Shown here one piece after another: positions 11,853 to 26,100 of a stretch of DNA of 64,000 nucleotides (position 1 is the stretch's first letter; every line of letters starts with the position of its first letter). The DNA is taken from contig OZ024743.1 in the NCBI GenBank assembly GCA_964016885.1, forward strand, positions 205,034,001 through 205,098,000. The letters are read 5' to 3'. The position numbers and the translations under genes were made by a program. The notes under the pieces were generated by a model. The model was not told the origin of the DNA, searched no databases, and worked only from the letters and a program-made list of their open reading frames with translations. The stretch is from Eledone cirrhosa (lineage: Eukaryota).

Positions 11853-14800
11853 CCCATTAAAAACCACATTAAAAATTCAATTAAAAATCTATTTTGAAAA
11901 ACCCATTAAAAACCCCATTATAAGCTCATAAAACACTCCATTAAAACCCCAACCAAACCCCCCATTAAAACACAATTAAAACATCATTAAGAATGCCAAT
12001 AAAAGCGCCATTAAAAACCACATTGGAAACCCATAAAAACCCAATTAAAACAAAATTAAAGTTTCCATTAAAAGTCCCCATTAAAACTCCATTAAAACCC
12101 CCATTAACCCCCCCCCCCTCGAAAAGACATTAAAACCTCAAATTTAAACCGAAATAAAAACTCAATAAAAACGCAATTAAAAACTCAATTAAAACACCAT
12201 TAAAAACACAATTAAAAGCCCATTAAACCAATTAAAATTGCATTAACACACCACTAAGGTTCCATTGGAAAACCATTAAAAATGTCATTAAAAACTACAC
12301 TGAAAACCCATTAAACCCCTATTAAAAGCGCCCCCAAAACTTTATAAAAAACCAAATAAAAACCCCATTAAAATACCATTAAAACGGCATAAAACACCAT
12401 TAAAACTACATTAAAACTCAATTAAAAATTCCATTTAAATCTCCATTATAAACTCAATTAAAACTCCATTAATTGCGTTTAAAATTGGGTTTTAATGGCT
12501 TTTTAATGGTGTTTTAATGGAATTTTAATGTGATTTTCGATGGTGTTTAATGGGTTTTTTATGGAGTTTTTAATTGGGTTTTCAATGGTGTTGTTTATGA
12601 GTTTTTAAATGGGTTTTTAATGGAATTTTTGATTGCGTTTTTAATGAAATTTTTAATAGATTCAAGGATGTTTTAATGGAGTTTTTAATGGTCTTTTTAA
12701 TGGCGTTTTAATTGTGTTTTTATGGTGTTTAAATGCGTTTTAATGATTTTTAATTGGGTTTTTAATGGAGTATTTTTAATGAGCTCTTAATGGATTTTTC
12801 AATTGGATACTTAATGGGTTTTAATGGAATTTATAATAAGGGTTCTAATTGACTTTAAATATGATTTTTAATGGAGTTTTTAATGAAATTTCTAATGGTG
12901 TTTTTAATTGCGTTTCCCCCCGTGAGGGTTTTAATGGCATTTTAAATGACATTTTAATGAGTTTTTATGATGTTTTAATGGCGTTGTAATTGTTTTTATT
13001 GGGTTTTTAATATAATTTTGTATGAGCTTTTAATGGGGGTTTTCAATGTTGTTTTTAATGGAGTGTTTAATGGAATTTTAATGGGGGTTTGATAAAAAAA
13101 ATTAATTGCTTTTTAATTTAATTTTTAATGCGTTTTTGATGGTGTTTAAGTGCGTTCATGATGATCTTTTTAATGGATTTTTAATGGGGTTTTAATTGAA
13201 TTTTTAATGGTGTTTTCAATGTAATTTTTAATGATAGTTTAATGGTGTTTTAATGACGTTTTAATTGTGTTTTTTATGGTGTTTTAGTGACGTTTAAATA
13301 GGATTTTTAATTGGTTTTTTAATTGAGTATTTATATGAGTTTTCACTGGTGTTTTTAATGGGTTTTTCAATATTGCATTTAATGAAATTTTTAATATGGT
13401 TTCAAATGGAATTTTTAATGTATTTTTAATTGGGTTTCTAGTGACGTTTTTAATGGTACTTTAAATGACGTTTTAATGACTTTTATGGCGTTTTAATGGG
13501 TTTTTTAATTGGGTTTTTAATGTAGTTTTTTAAAAGATCTTTACTTCGGATTTTATGGGTTTTCAATGCGGTTTTTAATGGTATATTAATGGAGTTTTTG
13601 GTGTGGTTGTTAATGGTATTAGTGACATTTTAATGTGTTTTTAATGGTGTTTTAAGCGAGTTTCTGATTTAGTTTAAATTTAAATATTTGATGGTCCTTC
13701 TAATGGGCTTTAATGGATGTGTAATGTGTTTAATGCAATTTTAATGGGGTTTAATGGGGGTAGTAGGTTTCAATGGGTTTTAATGGAGTTTTAATGGCTA
13801 GTGCTCTTTTTTTTAGAGTTTTTAATGGTGTTTTTAATGGTTTTTCATTGAGCTTTTAATTGCGTTTTTAATTGCGTTTTTAATCTAGTTTAAAAATTGA
13901 GTTTTAATGGGTTTTTCAATTAGGTTTTTAATGGATTTATAATGGTGTTTTTTACGGACCCTTTAATTTTTTATAATGGGTTTTCAATGCCGTTTTAATG
14001 GTGTTTTTTAATGGTATCCTTAATGACGCTTCGATAAGTTTCAATGTTATTTTAATGGGGTTTTGATTGATTTTTTAATGGAGATTTTTAATGAACTTTT
14101 ATTGGGGTTTTCAATCAGGTTTTTAACTGAATTTTTAATGTTTTTCAATTAGATTTTTTATGGAGTTTTTATGGGCTTTTTAATGAGTTTTTAATGGTGT
14201 GCTAATTGAGTTTTCAATTACCTTTTTAATTGAGTATAAAATCGAGTTTTTACTAAGTTTTTAATGAATTTTTAATGGAATTTTAATGGGGTTTCCAATG
14301 GACTTTTAATTGTGTTTTAATGGGGTTTTAAAATTTGTTTTTAGTTGCATTTTTCAGGGGCTTTTAATGGGGCTTAATGGGGGTTTAATGGGGGATTTAA
14401 TTGAGTTTTTAATGGAGTTTAATAGAGTTTATAATGGAGGTTTTAATGGAGTTTTTAATGAAGTTTTAATGTAGTTTTTAATGAGGTTTTTAATGACGAT
14501 TTTAATGGCGTTCTTAATGGCGTTTTAATGGTATTTTATGGCATTTTAATGACGGTTGTAATGGTTTTTAATGGAGTGTTAATTGGTTATTAATTGTATT
14601 TTAATGGGTTTTATGAGCTTTTTAATGGGCTTTTTAGTGATGTTTTTAATGGAGTTTTTAATGGGTCTTTTAATGGAATTTGCAATGTAGTTTTTAATGG
14701 TGTTTTCAATTGTATTTTTAATGACGTTTTAATGGTGTTTTTTATGGCGTTTTAATAGGATTTTTAATTTTTTTTTTTAAGGACTATTATTATGGGTTTT

Positions 14801-15822
14801 TTATGTAATTTTATAATGGGATTTTCAGTAGGGTTTTTAATTGGATTTTTAATGGAGTTTATAATATGGTTTTTAATTGGATTTTTAAAGAATTTATAAT
14901 TGCGGTTTTAATATAGTGTTTAATGGAGTATTTAATTGGTTTTTAATGGTAATTTTAATGGAGTGTTTAATGTGTTTTTAATGGGGGGGAGGGGGGTAAA
15001 ATGCAGTTTTTAATTGAGTTATCAATGGAGTTTTTAATGACATTTTTAATGACGTTTTAATAGCGTTTTATGACGTTTTAATGACGTTTTAATGGTTTTT
15101 TTATTGGGTTTTGGGAGTTTTTATGAGCTTCTAATTAGGTTTTAAATGGGGTTTTCAATGAGGTTTTTAGTGGAATTTTTAATGGGCCTTTAATGTAATT
15201 TTAATGGGATTTTAATGTTTTTTATGGCGTTTTTAATGGTATTTTAAATGCTGTTTTAATGTTTCTTTTATGGCCTTTTAATTGGGTTTTTGATTGAGTT
15301 TTTAATGGATTTTTTTAACGAGAATTATGAAGTTTAATGGGTTTCCAGTGTGTTTTAAATGAAGTTTTTGATAATATTTTTAATGGAATTTTAATGGCGG
15401 TTATGGGATTTTAATGGGTTCTGGTGGTATTTTTGTGGGTTTTAATGGGGTGTTAAATGGTTTTAATGTTGTTTTACTTGCGCTTTCGATTACGTTTACG
15501 ATTAAGTTTTTACTGTTTTTAATTGGATTTTTAATGGATTTTAATGTGGTTTTAATGGAATTTTAATGGTGTTTTAATATAGTTTTTAATGGGTTTCGGA
15601 TGTAGCTTTTAATGGTGGTTTAGTGTGCTTTTTATTGGGTTTTTAATGAGTTTTTATGAGCTTTTCAATGGAGTTTTTAATGGTGTTTATATATATATAT
15701 ATACATACATACATATATATGTATATATATATTTACACATATATATGTGTATATATATATGTGTATATATATATTTACACATATATATGTGTATATATAT
15801 ATTTACACATATATATGTGTAT

Positions 15823-15860
<38 letters not shown>

Positions 15861-15890
15861 TTAAATATATATATATATATATATATATAT

Positions 15891-15927
<37 letters not shown>

Positions 15928-15946
15928 TATATATATATATATATAT

Positions 15947-16026
<80 letters not shown>

Positions 16027-16619
16027 CACTTTCATGTTACACACTATATATAAACTGGGATTTATATTTTGCGTTAGTGCCATATTAAGCTGACAACGAT
16101 ATATTCGTATCTTTAAAAATATTTTTTTTAGATCACATTGTTCTAGATATTATTAAAATTATTAAATCTATTTTCAATTTGCACGAACACTTGCATATAC
16201 TACATACATACATTTATATAGACACTAACACAAATATTAGCATATACATAATTTCTTAGTCATTGAGGATGTGTTTTTATACATACATATGCATATTGCA
16301 TACATACATACATACACACATACAAGCATATACATAGACATACACACACACATATATACACACACTGTATATATATATATACATACACACACACACACAT
16401 ATATATATACACACACACACTATATATATATATAGTGTGTGGTGTATATATATATATGTGTGTGTGTGTATGTATATATATACAGTGTGTGTATATATAT
16501 GTGTGTGTATGTGTATGTATATGCTTCTATGTGTGTATGTATGGATGCAATATGCATATGTATGTATAAAAAACACATCCTCAATTACTAAGAAAATATG
16601 TATATGCTAATATTTGTGT

Positions 16620-16651
<32 letters not shown>

Positions 16652-16722
16652 CGCACACACTATATATATATATATATATACATACACACTATATATATAT
16701 ATATACACACACACTATATATT

Positions 16723-16769
<47 letters not shown>

Positions 16770-19700
16770 AATCCCATTAAAAACCACATTAAAAATTCAA
16801 TTAAAAATCTATTTTGAAAAACCCATTAAAAACCCCATTATAAGCTCATAAAACACTCCATTAAAACCCCAACCAAACCCCCCATTAAAACACAATTAAA
16901 ACATCATTAAGAATGCCAATAAAAGCGCCATTAAAAACCACATTGGAAACCCATAAAAACCCAATTAAAACAAAATTAAAGTTTCCATTAAAAGTCCCCA
17001 TTAAAACTCCATTAAAACACCCATTAAACCCCCCTCGAAAAGACATTAAAACCTCAAATTTAAACCGAAATAAAAACTCAATTAAAACGCAATTAAAAAC
17101 TCAATTAAAACACCATTAAAAACACAATTAAAAGCCCATTAAACCAATTAAAATTGCATTAACACACCACTAAGGTTCCATTGGAAAACCATTAAAAATG
17201 TCATTAAAAACTACACTGAAAACCCATTAAACCCCCATTAAAAGCGCACCCAAAACTTTATAAAAAACCAAATAAAAACCCCATTAAAATACCATTAAAA
17301 CGGCATAAAACACCATTAAAACTACATTAAAACTCAATTAAAAATTCCATTTAAATCTCCATTATAAACTCAATTAAAACTCCATTAAAACTCAATTAAA
17401 AACTCCATTAAAAACACACACACATGAAGTTACATGCTGGCTTGCACACTTATAGCGATTGCTATTTCCTTTTAATTTCATTAATACTAGGATGTTTTAG
17501 AAAGATAAAAACAAAACTGAATAATGAAGAGACTAGGGAGGGGTAAAGAAAGGCAGATCAGGCTGTAGAGGACAGTAGGGGGAGAAGAGGGAAGAGACTT
17601 GGGAGGGGTAAAGAAAGGCAGATCTGGCTGTAGAGGACAGTAGGGGGAGAAGAGGGAGAAATAAACTAAATTATAAACTAAGTTATAAACTAAATTATAA
17701 ACTAAATTAAAAACTCAATAAAATAAAATAAAATAAAATAAAATAAAATAAAATAAAATAAAATAAAATAAAATAAAATAAAATAAAATAAAATAAAATA
17801 AAATAAAATAAAATAAAATAAAATAAAATAAAATAAAATAAAATAAAATAAAAAAAAAAAAAATAAAATAAAATAAAAAAAACTAAAAAATATAAATAAA
17901 ATAAAATAAAATAAATAAAATAAAATAAAATAAAATAAATAAAAATAAAATAAAATAAAAAAAAATAAAAAAAAATTAAATATAAAAAATAAATAAAATA
18001 AAATAAAATAAGAACTCAATTAAAAACTCAGTAAAAACTCAATTAAAAACTCAATTAAAAACTCAATCGAAGCACCATTAAAACACCATTAAAAACTCCA
18101 CTATAAACCCACTAAACCCATTAAAAACCAATTAAAAATTCAATTACACATCCCATTAGAAATTTCATTAAAAACTCAATTAAAAGTTCCATTGAAAACA
18201 CATTCAAAACCCATTAACCCCATATTAAAAGTTCATAAAACTCTATTAAAAACCCAATAACAAACCAATTAAAACGCCATTAAAACGCCACAAAACACAA
18301 TAAAATGTCATAAAAACGCCATTAAAACATCACAAAAAGCCCAACTAAAAAACCATTAATAATGTCATTAACAATTCCATAAAAATCCATTAAAAACTCC
18401 ACTAAAAGCCCATTAAAAAGTTCATTAAAAGCCATATTATAAATTTCATAAAAAACAATTGAAAACCCCATTATTTATGAGCCTTTTTTATGAGTTTTTA
18501 ATAGTGTTTTAATTCAGTTTTTAATTGCGTTTAAAATTGGGTTTTAATGGCTTTTTAATGGTGTTTTAATGGAATTTTAATGGGATTTTCGATGGTGTTT
18601 AATGGGTTTTTTATGGAGTTTTTAATTGGGTTTTCAATGGTGTTGTTTATGAGTTTTTAAATGGGTTTTTAATGGAATTTTTGATTGCGTTTTTAATGAA
18701 ATTTTTAATAGATTCAAGGATGTTTTAATGGAGTTTTTAATGGTCTTTTTAATGGCGTTTTAATTGTGTTTTTATGGTGTTTAAATGCGTTTTAATGATT
18801 TTTAATTGGGTTTTTAATGGAGTATTTTTAATGAGCTCTTAATGGATTTTTCAATTGGATACTTAATGGGTTTTAATGGAATTTATAATAAGGGTTCTAA
18901 TTGACTTTAAATATGATTTTTAATGGAGTTTTTAATGAAATTTCTAATGGTGTTTTTAATTGCGTTTCCCCCCGTGAGGGTTTTAATGGCATTTTAAATG
19001 ACATTTTAATGAGTTTTTATGATGTTTTAATGGCGTTGTAATTGTTTTTTATTGGGTTTTTAATATAATTTTGTATGAGCTTTTAATGGGGGTTTTCAAT
19101 GTTGTTTTTAATGGAGTGTTTAATGGAATTTTAATGGGGGTTTGATAAAAAAAATTAATTGCTTTTTAATTTAATTTTTAATGCGTTTTTGATGGTGTTT
19201 AAGTGCGTTCATGATGATCTTTTTAATGGATTTTTAATGGGGTTTTAATTGACTTTTTAATGGTGTTTTCAATGTAATTTTTAATGATAGTTTAATGGTG
19301 TTTTAATGACGTTTTAATTGTGTTTTTTATGGTGTTTTAGTGACGTTTAAATAGGATTTTTAATTGGTTTTTTAATTGAGTATTTATATGAGTTTTCACT
19401 GGTGTTTTTAATGGGTTTTTCAATATTGCATTTAATGAAATTTTTAATATGGTTTCAAATGGAATTTTTAATGTGTTTTTAATTGGGTTTCTAGTGACGT
19501 TTTTAATGGTACTTTAAATGACGTTTTAATGACTTTTATGGCGTTTTAATGGGTTTTTTAATTGGGTTTTTAATGTAGTTTTAAGCGAGTTTCTGATTTA
19601 GTTTAAATTTAAATATTTGATGGTCCTTCTAATGGGCTTTAATGGATGTGTAATGTGTTTAATGCAATTTTAATGGGGTTTAATGGGGGTAGTAGGTTTC

Positions 19701-21240
19701 AATGGGTTTTAATGGAGTTTTAATGGCTAGTGCTCTTTTTTAAAGAGTTTTTAATGGTGTTTTTAATGGTTTTTCATTGAGCTTTTAATTGCGTTTTTAA
19801 TTGCGTTTTTAATCTAGTTTAAAAATTGAGTTTTAATGGGTTTTTCAATTAGGTTTTTAATGGATTCATAATGGTGTTTTTTACGGATCCTTTAATTTTT
19901 TATAATGGGTTTTCAATGCCGTTTTAATGGTGTTTTTTAATGGTATCCTTAATGACGCTTCGATAAGTTTCAATGTTATTTTAATGGGGTTTTGATTGAT
20001 TTTTTAATGGAGTTTTTTTAATGAACTTTTATTGGGGTTTTCAATCAGGTTTTTAACTGAATTTTTAATGTTTTTCAATTAGATTTTTTATGGAGTTTTT
20101 ATGGGCTTTTTAATGAGTTTTTAATGGTGTGCTAATTGAGTTTTCAATTACCTTTTTAATTGAGTATAAAATCGAGTTTTTACTAAGTTTTTAATGAATT
20201 TTTAATGGAATTTTAATGGGGTTTCCAATGGACTTTTAATTGTGTTTTAATGGGGTTTTAAAATTGGTTTTTAGTTGCATTTTTCAGGGGCTTTTAATGG
20301 GGCTTAATGGGGGTTTAATGGGGGATTTAATTGAGTTTTAATGGAGTTTAATAGAGTTTATATTGGAGGTTTTAATGGAGTTTTTAATGAAGTTTTAATG
20401 TAGTTTTTAATGAGGTTTTTAATGACGATTTTAATGGCGTTCTTAATGGCGTTTTAATGGTATTTTATGGCATTTTAATGACGGTTGTAATGGTTTTTAA
20501 TGGAGTGTTAATTGGTTATTGATTGTATTTTAATGGGTTTTATGAGCTTTTTAATGGGCTTTTTAGTGGTGTTTTTTTTAATGGAGTTTTTAATGGGTCT
20601 TTTAATGGAATTTGCAATGTAGTTTTTAATGGTGTTTTTAATTGTATTTTTAATGACGTTTTAATGGTGTTTTTTATGGCGTTTTAATAGGATTTTTAAT
20701 TGGTTTTTTAAAGGACTATTATTATGGGTTTTTATGTAATTTTATAATGGGATTTTCAGTAGGGTTTTTAATTGGATTTTTAATGGAGTTTATAATATGT
20801 TTTTTAATTGGATTTTTAAAGAATTTATAATTGCGGTTTTAATATAGTGTTTAATGGAGTATTTAATTGGTTTTTAATGGTAATTTTAATGGAGTGTTTA
20901 ATGTGTTTTTAATGGGGGAGGAGGGGGGTAAAATGCAGTTTTTAATTGAGTTATCAATGGAGTTTTTAATGACATTTTAAATAACGTTTTAATAGCGTTT
21001 TATGACGTTTTAATGACGTTTTAATGGTTTTTTTATTGGGTTTTGGGAGTTTTTATGAGCTTCTAATTAGGTTTTAAATGGGGTTTTCAATGAGGTTTTT
21101 AGTGGAATTTTTAATGGGCCTTTAATGTATTTTTAATGGGATTTTAATGTTTTTATGGCGTTTTTAATGGTATTTTAAATGCTGTTTTAATGTTTCTTTT
21201 ATGGCCTTTTAATTGGGTTTTTGATTGAGTTTTTAATGGA

Positions 21241-21668
21241 TTTTTTTTAACGGATTTTTTTTTAATGGATTTTTTTTAATGGATTTTTTTTAATGGATTT
21301 TTTTTTAATGGATTTTTTTTTAATGGATTTTTTTAAATGGATTTTTTTAATGGATTTTTTTAATGGATTTTTTTTAATGGATTTTTAATGGATTTTTAAT
21401 GGATTTTTAATGGATTTTTAATGGATTTTTAATGGATTATTAATGGATTTTTAATGGCTTTTTAATGGATTTTTTTAATGGATTTTTTTAAATGGCTTTT
21501 TTAATGTCTTTTTAATGGGTTTTTTAAATGGTGTTTTAATGTTTCTTTTATGGCCTTTTAATTGGGTTTTTGATTGAGTTTTTAATGGATTTTTTTTAAC
21601 GGATTTTTTTTTAATGGATTTTTTTTAATGGATTTTTTTTAATGGATTTTTTTTAATGGATTTTTTTA
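21241..21668 (+). repeat. Unit-4-specific homogeneous expansion of (T)nAATGGA
   Basis: Run of tttttaatgga-type monomers plus a local ~75-bp duplication, replacing ttaacgagaattatg seen in other units. Confidence 0.9.
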
Positions 21669-22167
21669 TGAAGTTTAATGGGTTTCCAGTGTGTTTTAAA
21701 TGAAGTTTTTGATAATATTTTTAATGGAATTTTAATGGCGGTTATGGGATTTTAATGGGTTCTGGTGGTATTTTTGTGGGTTTTAATGGGGTGTTAAATG
21801 GTTTTAATGTTGTTTTACTTGCGCTTTCGATTACGTTTACAATTAAGTTTTTACTGTTTTTAATTGGATTTTTAATGGATTTTAATGTGGTTTTTAATGG
21901 AATTTTAATGGTGTTTTAATATAGTTTTTAATGGGTTTCGGATGTAGCTTTTAATGGTGGTTTAGTGTGCTTTTTATTGGGTTTTTAATGAGTTTTTATG
22001 AGCTTTTCAATGGAGTTTTTAATGGTGTTTATATATATATATATATACATACATATATATGTATATATATATATTTACACATATATATGTGTATATATAT
22101 ATGTGTATATATATATTTACACATATATATGTGTATATATATATTTACACATATATATGTGTATTAA

Positions 22168-22200
<33 letters not shown>

Positions 22201-22201
22201 T

Positions 22202-22246
<45 letters not shown>

Positions 22247-22339
22247 TATATATATATATATATATATTAAATATATATATATATATATATTAAATATATA
22301 TATATATATATATTAAATATATATATATATATATATTAA

Positions 22340-22373
<34 letters not shown>

Positions 22374-22392
22374 TATATATATATATATATAT

Positions 22393-22439
<47 letters not shown>

Positions 22440-23032
22440 CACTTTCATGTTACACACTATATATAAACTGGGATTTATATTTTGCGTTAGTGCCATATTA
22501 AGCTGACAACGATATATTCGTATCTTAAAAAATATTTTTTTTAGATCACATTGTTCTAGATATTATTAAAATTATTAAATCTATTTTCAATTTGCACGAA
22601 CACTTGCATATACTACATACATACATTTATATAGACACTAACACAAATATTAGCATATACATAATTTCTTAGTCATTGAGGATGTGTTTTTATACATACA
22701 TATGCATATTGCATACATACATACATACACACATACAAGCATATACATAGACATACACACACACATATATACACACACTGTATATATATATATACATACA
22801 CACACACACACATATATATATACACACACACACTATATATATATATAGTGTGTGGTGTATATATATATATGTGTGTGTGTGTATGTATATATATACAGTG
22901 TGTGTATATATATGTGTGTGTATGTGTATGTATATGCTTGTATGTGTGTATGTATGGATGCAATATGCATATGTATGTATAAAAAACACATCCTCAATTA
23001 CTAAGAAAATATATATATGCTAATATTTGTGT

Positions 23033-23064
<32 letters not shown>

Positions 23065-23070
23065 CGCACA

Positions 23071-23107
<37 letters not shown>

Positions 23108-23139
23108 CACACTATATATATATATATACACACACACAC

Positions 23140-23186
<47 letters not shown>

Positions 23187-26100
23187 AATCCCATTAAAAA
23201 CCACATTAAAAATTCAATTAAAAATCTATTTTGAAAAACCCATTAAAAACCCCATTATAAGCTCATAAAACACTCCATTAAAACCCCAACCAAACCCCCC
23301 ATTAAAACACAATTAAAACATCATTAAGAATGCCAATAAAAGCGCCATTAAAAACCACATTGGAAACCCATAAAAACCCAATTAAAACAAAATTAAAGTT
23401 TCCATTAAAAGTCCCCATTAAAACTCCATTAAAACACCCATTAAACCCCCCCTCGAAAAGACATTAAAACCTCAAATTTAAACCGAAATAAAAACTCAAT
23501 TAAAACGCAATTAAAAACCCAATTAAAACACCATTAAAAACACAATTAAAAGCCCATTAAACCAATTAAAATTGCATTAACACACCACTAAGGTTCCATT
23601 GGAAAACCATTAAAAATGTCATTAAAAACTACACTGAAAACCCATTAAACCCCCATTAAAAGCGCACCCAAAACTTTATAAAAAACCAAATAAAAACCCC
23701 ATTAAAACACCATTAAAACGGCATAAAACACCATTAAAACTACATTAAAACTCAATTAAAAATTCCATTTAAATCTCCATTATAAACTCAATTAAAACTC
23801 CATTAAAACTCAATTAAAAACTCCATTAAAAACACACACACATGAAGTTACATGCTGGCTTGCACACTTATAGCGATTGCTATTTCCTTTTAATTTCATT
23901 AAAACTAGGATGTTTTAGAAAGATAAAAACAAAACTGAATAATGAAGAGACTAGGGAGGGGTAAAGAAAGGCAGATCAGGCTGTAGAGGACAGTAGGGGG
24001 AGAAGAGGGAAGAGACTTGGGAGGGGTAAAGAAAGGCAGATCTGGCTGTAGAGGACAGTAGGGGGAGAAGAGGGAGAAATAAACTAAATTATAAACTAAG
24101 TTATAAACTAAATTATAAACTAAATTAAAAACTCAATAAAATAAAATAAAATAAAATAAAATAAAATAAAATAAAATAAAATAAAATAAAATAAAATAAA
24201 ATAAAATAAAATAAAAAATAAAATAAAATAAAATAAAATAAAATAAAATAAAATAAAATAAAAAAATAAAATAAAATAAAATAAAAAAAACTAAAAAATA
24301 TAAATAAAATAAAATAAAATAAATAAAATAAAATAAAATAAAATAAAATAAAATAAAATAAAATAAAATAAAATAAATAAAAATAAAATAAAATAAAAAA
24401 AAATAAAAAAAAATTAAATATAAAAAATAAATAAAATAAAATAAAATAAGAACTCAATTAAAAACTCAGTAAAAACTCAATTAAAAACTCAATTAAAAAC
24501 TCAATCGAAGCACCATTAAAACACCATTAAAAACTCCACTATAAACCCACTAAACCCATTAAAAACCAATTAAAAATTCAATTACACATCCCATTAGAAA
24601 TTTCATTAAAAACTCAATTAAAAGTTCCATTGAAAACACATTCAAAACCCATTAACCCCATATTAAAAGTTCATAAAACTCTATTAAAAACCCAATAACA
24701 AACCAATTAAAACGCCATTAAAACGCCACAAAACACAATAAAATGTCATAAAAACGCCATTAAAACATCACAAAAAGCCCAATTAAAAAACCATTAATAA
24801 TGTCATTAAAAATTCCATAAAAATCCATTAAAAACTCCACTAAAAGCCCATTAAAAAGTTCATTAAAAGCCATATTATAAATTTCATAAAAAACAATTGA
24901 AAACCCCATTATTTATGAGCCTTTTTTTATGAGTTTTTAATAGTGTTTTAATTCAGTTTTTAATTGCGTTTAAAATTGGGTTTTAATGGCTTTTTAATGG
25001 TGTTTTAATGGGATTTTCGATGGTGTTTAATGGGTTTTTTATGGAGTTTTTAATTGGGTTTTCAATGGTGTTGTTTATGAGTTTTTAAATGGGTTTTTAA
25101 TGGAATTTTTGATTGCGTTTTTAATGAAATTTTTAATAGATTCAAGGATGTTTTAATGGAGTTTTTAATGGTCTTTTTAATGGCGTTTTAATTGTGTTTT
25201 TATGGTGTTTAAATGCGTTTTAATGATTTTTAATTGGGTTTTTAAAGGAGTATTTTTAATGAGCTCTTAATGGATTTTTCAATTGGATACTTAATGGGTT
25301 TTAATGGAATTTATAATAAGGGTTCTAATTGACTTTAAATATGATTTTTAATGGAGTTTTTAATGAAATTTCTAATGGTTTTTTTAATTGCGTTTCCCCC
25401 CCGTGAGGGTTTTAATGGCATTTTAAATGACATTTTAATGAGTTTTTATGATGTTTTAATGGCGTTGTAATTGTTTTTTATTGGGTTTTTAATATAATTT
25501 TGTATGAGCTTTTAATGGGGGTTTTCAATGTTGTTTTTAATGGAGTGTTTAATGGAATTTTAATGGGGGTTTGATAAAAAAAATTAATTGTTTTTAATTT
25601 AATTTTTAATGCGTTTTTGATGGTGTTTAAGTGCGTTCATGATGATCTTTTTAATGGATTTTTAATGGGGTTTTAATTGAATTTTTAATGGTGTTTTCAA
25701 TGTAATTTTTAATGATAGTTTAATGGTGTTTTAATGACGTTTTAATTGTGTTTTTTATGGTGTTTTAGTGACGTTTAAATAGGATTTTTAATTGGTTTTT
25801 TAATTGAGTATTTATATGAGTTTTCACTGGTGTTTTTAATGGGTTTTTCAATATTGCATTTAATGAAATTTTTAATATGGTTTCAAATGGAATTTTTAAT
25901 GTGTTTTTAATTGGGTTTCTAGTGACGTTTTTAATGGTACTTTAAATGACGTTTTAATGACTTTTATGGCGTTTTAATGGGTTTTTTAATTGGGTTTTTA
26001 ATGTAGTTTTTTAAAAGATCTTTACTTGGGATTTTATGGGTTTTCAATGCGGTTTTTAATGGTATATTAATGGAGTTTTTGGTGTGGTTGTTAATGGTAT

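Noticed and set aside
12469-12472. piggyBac excision at TTAA
   Set aside because: Deleted segment has no terminal inverted repeats and TTAA occurs every ~10 bp here.
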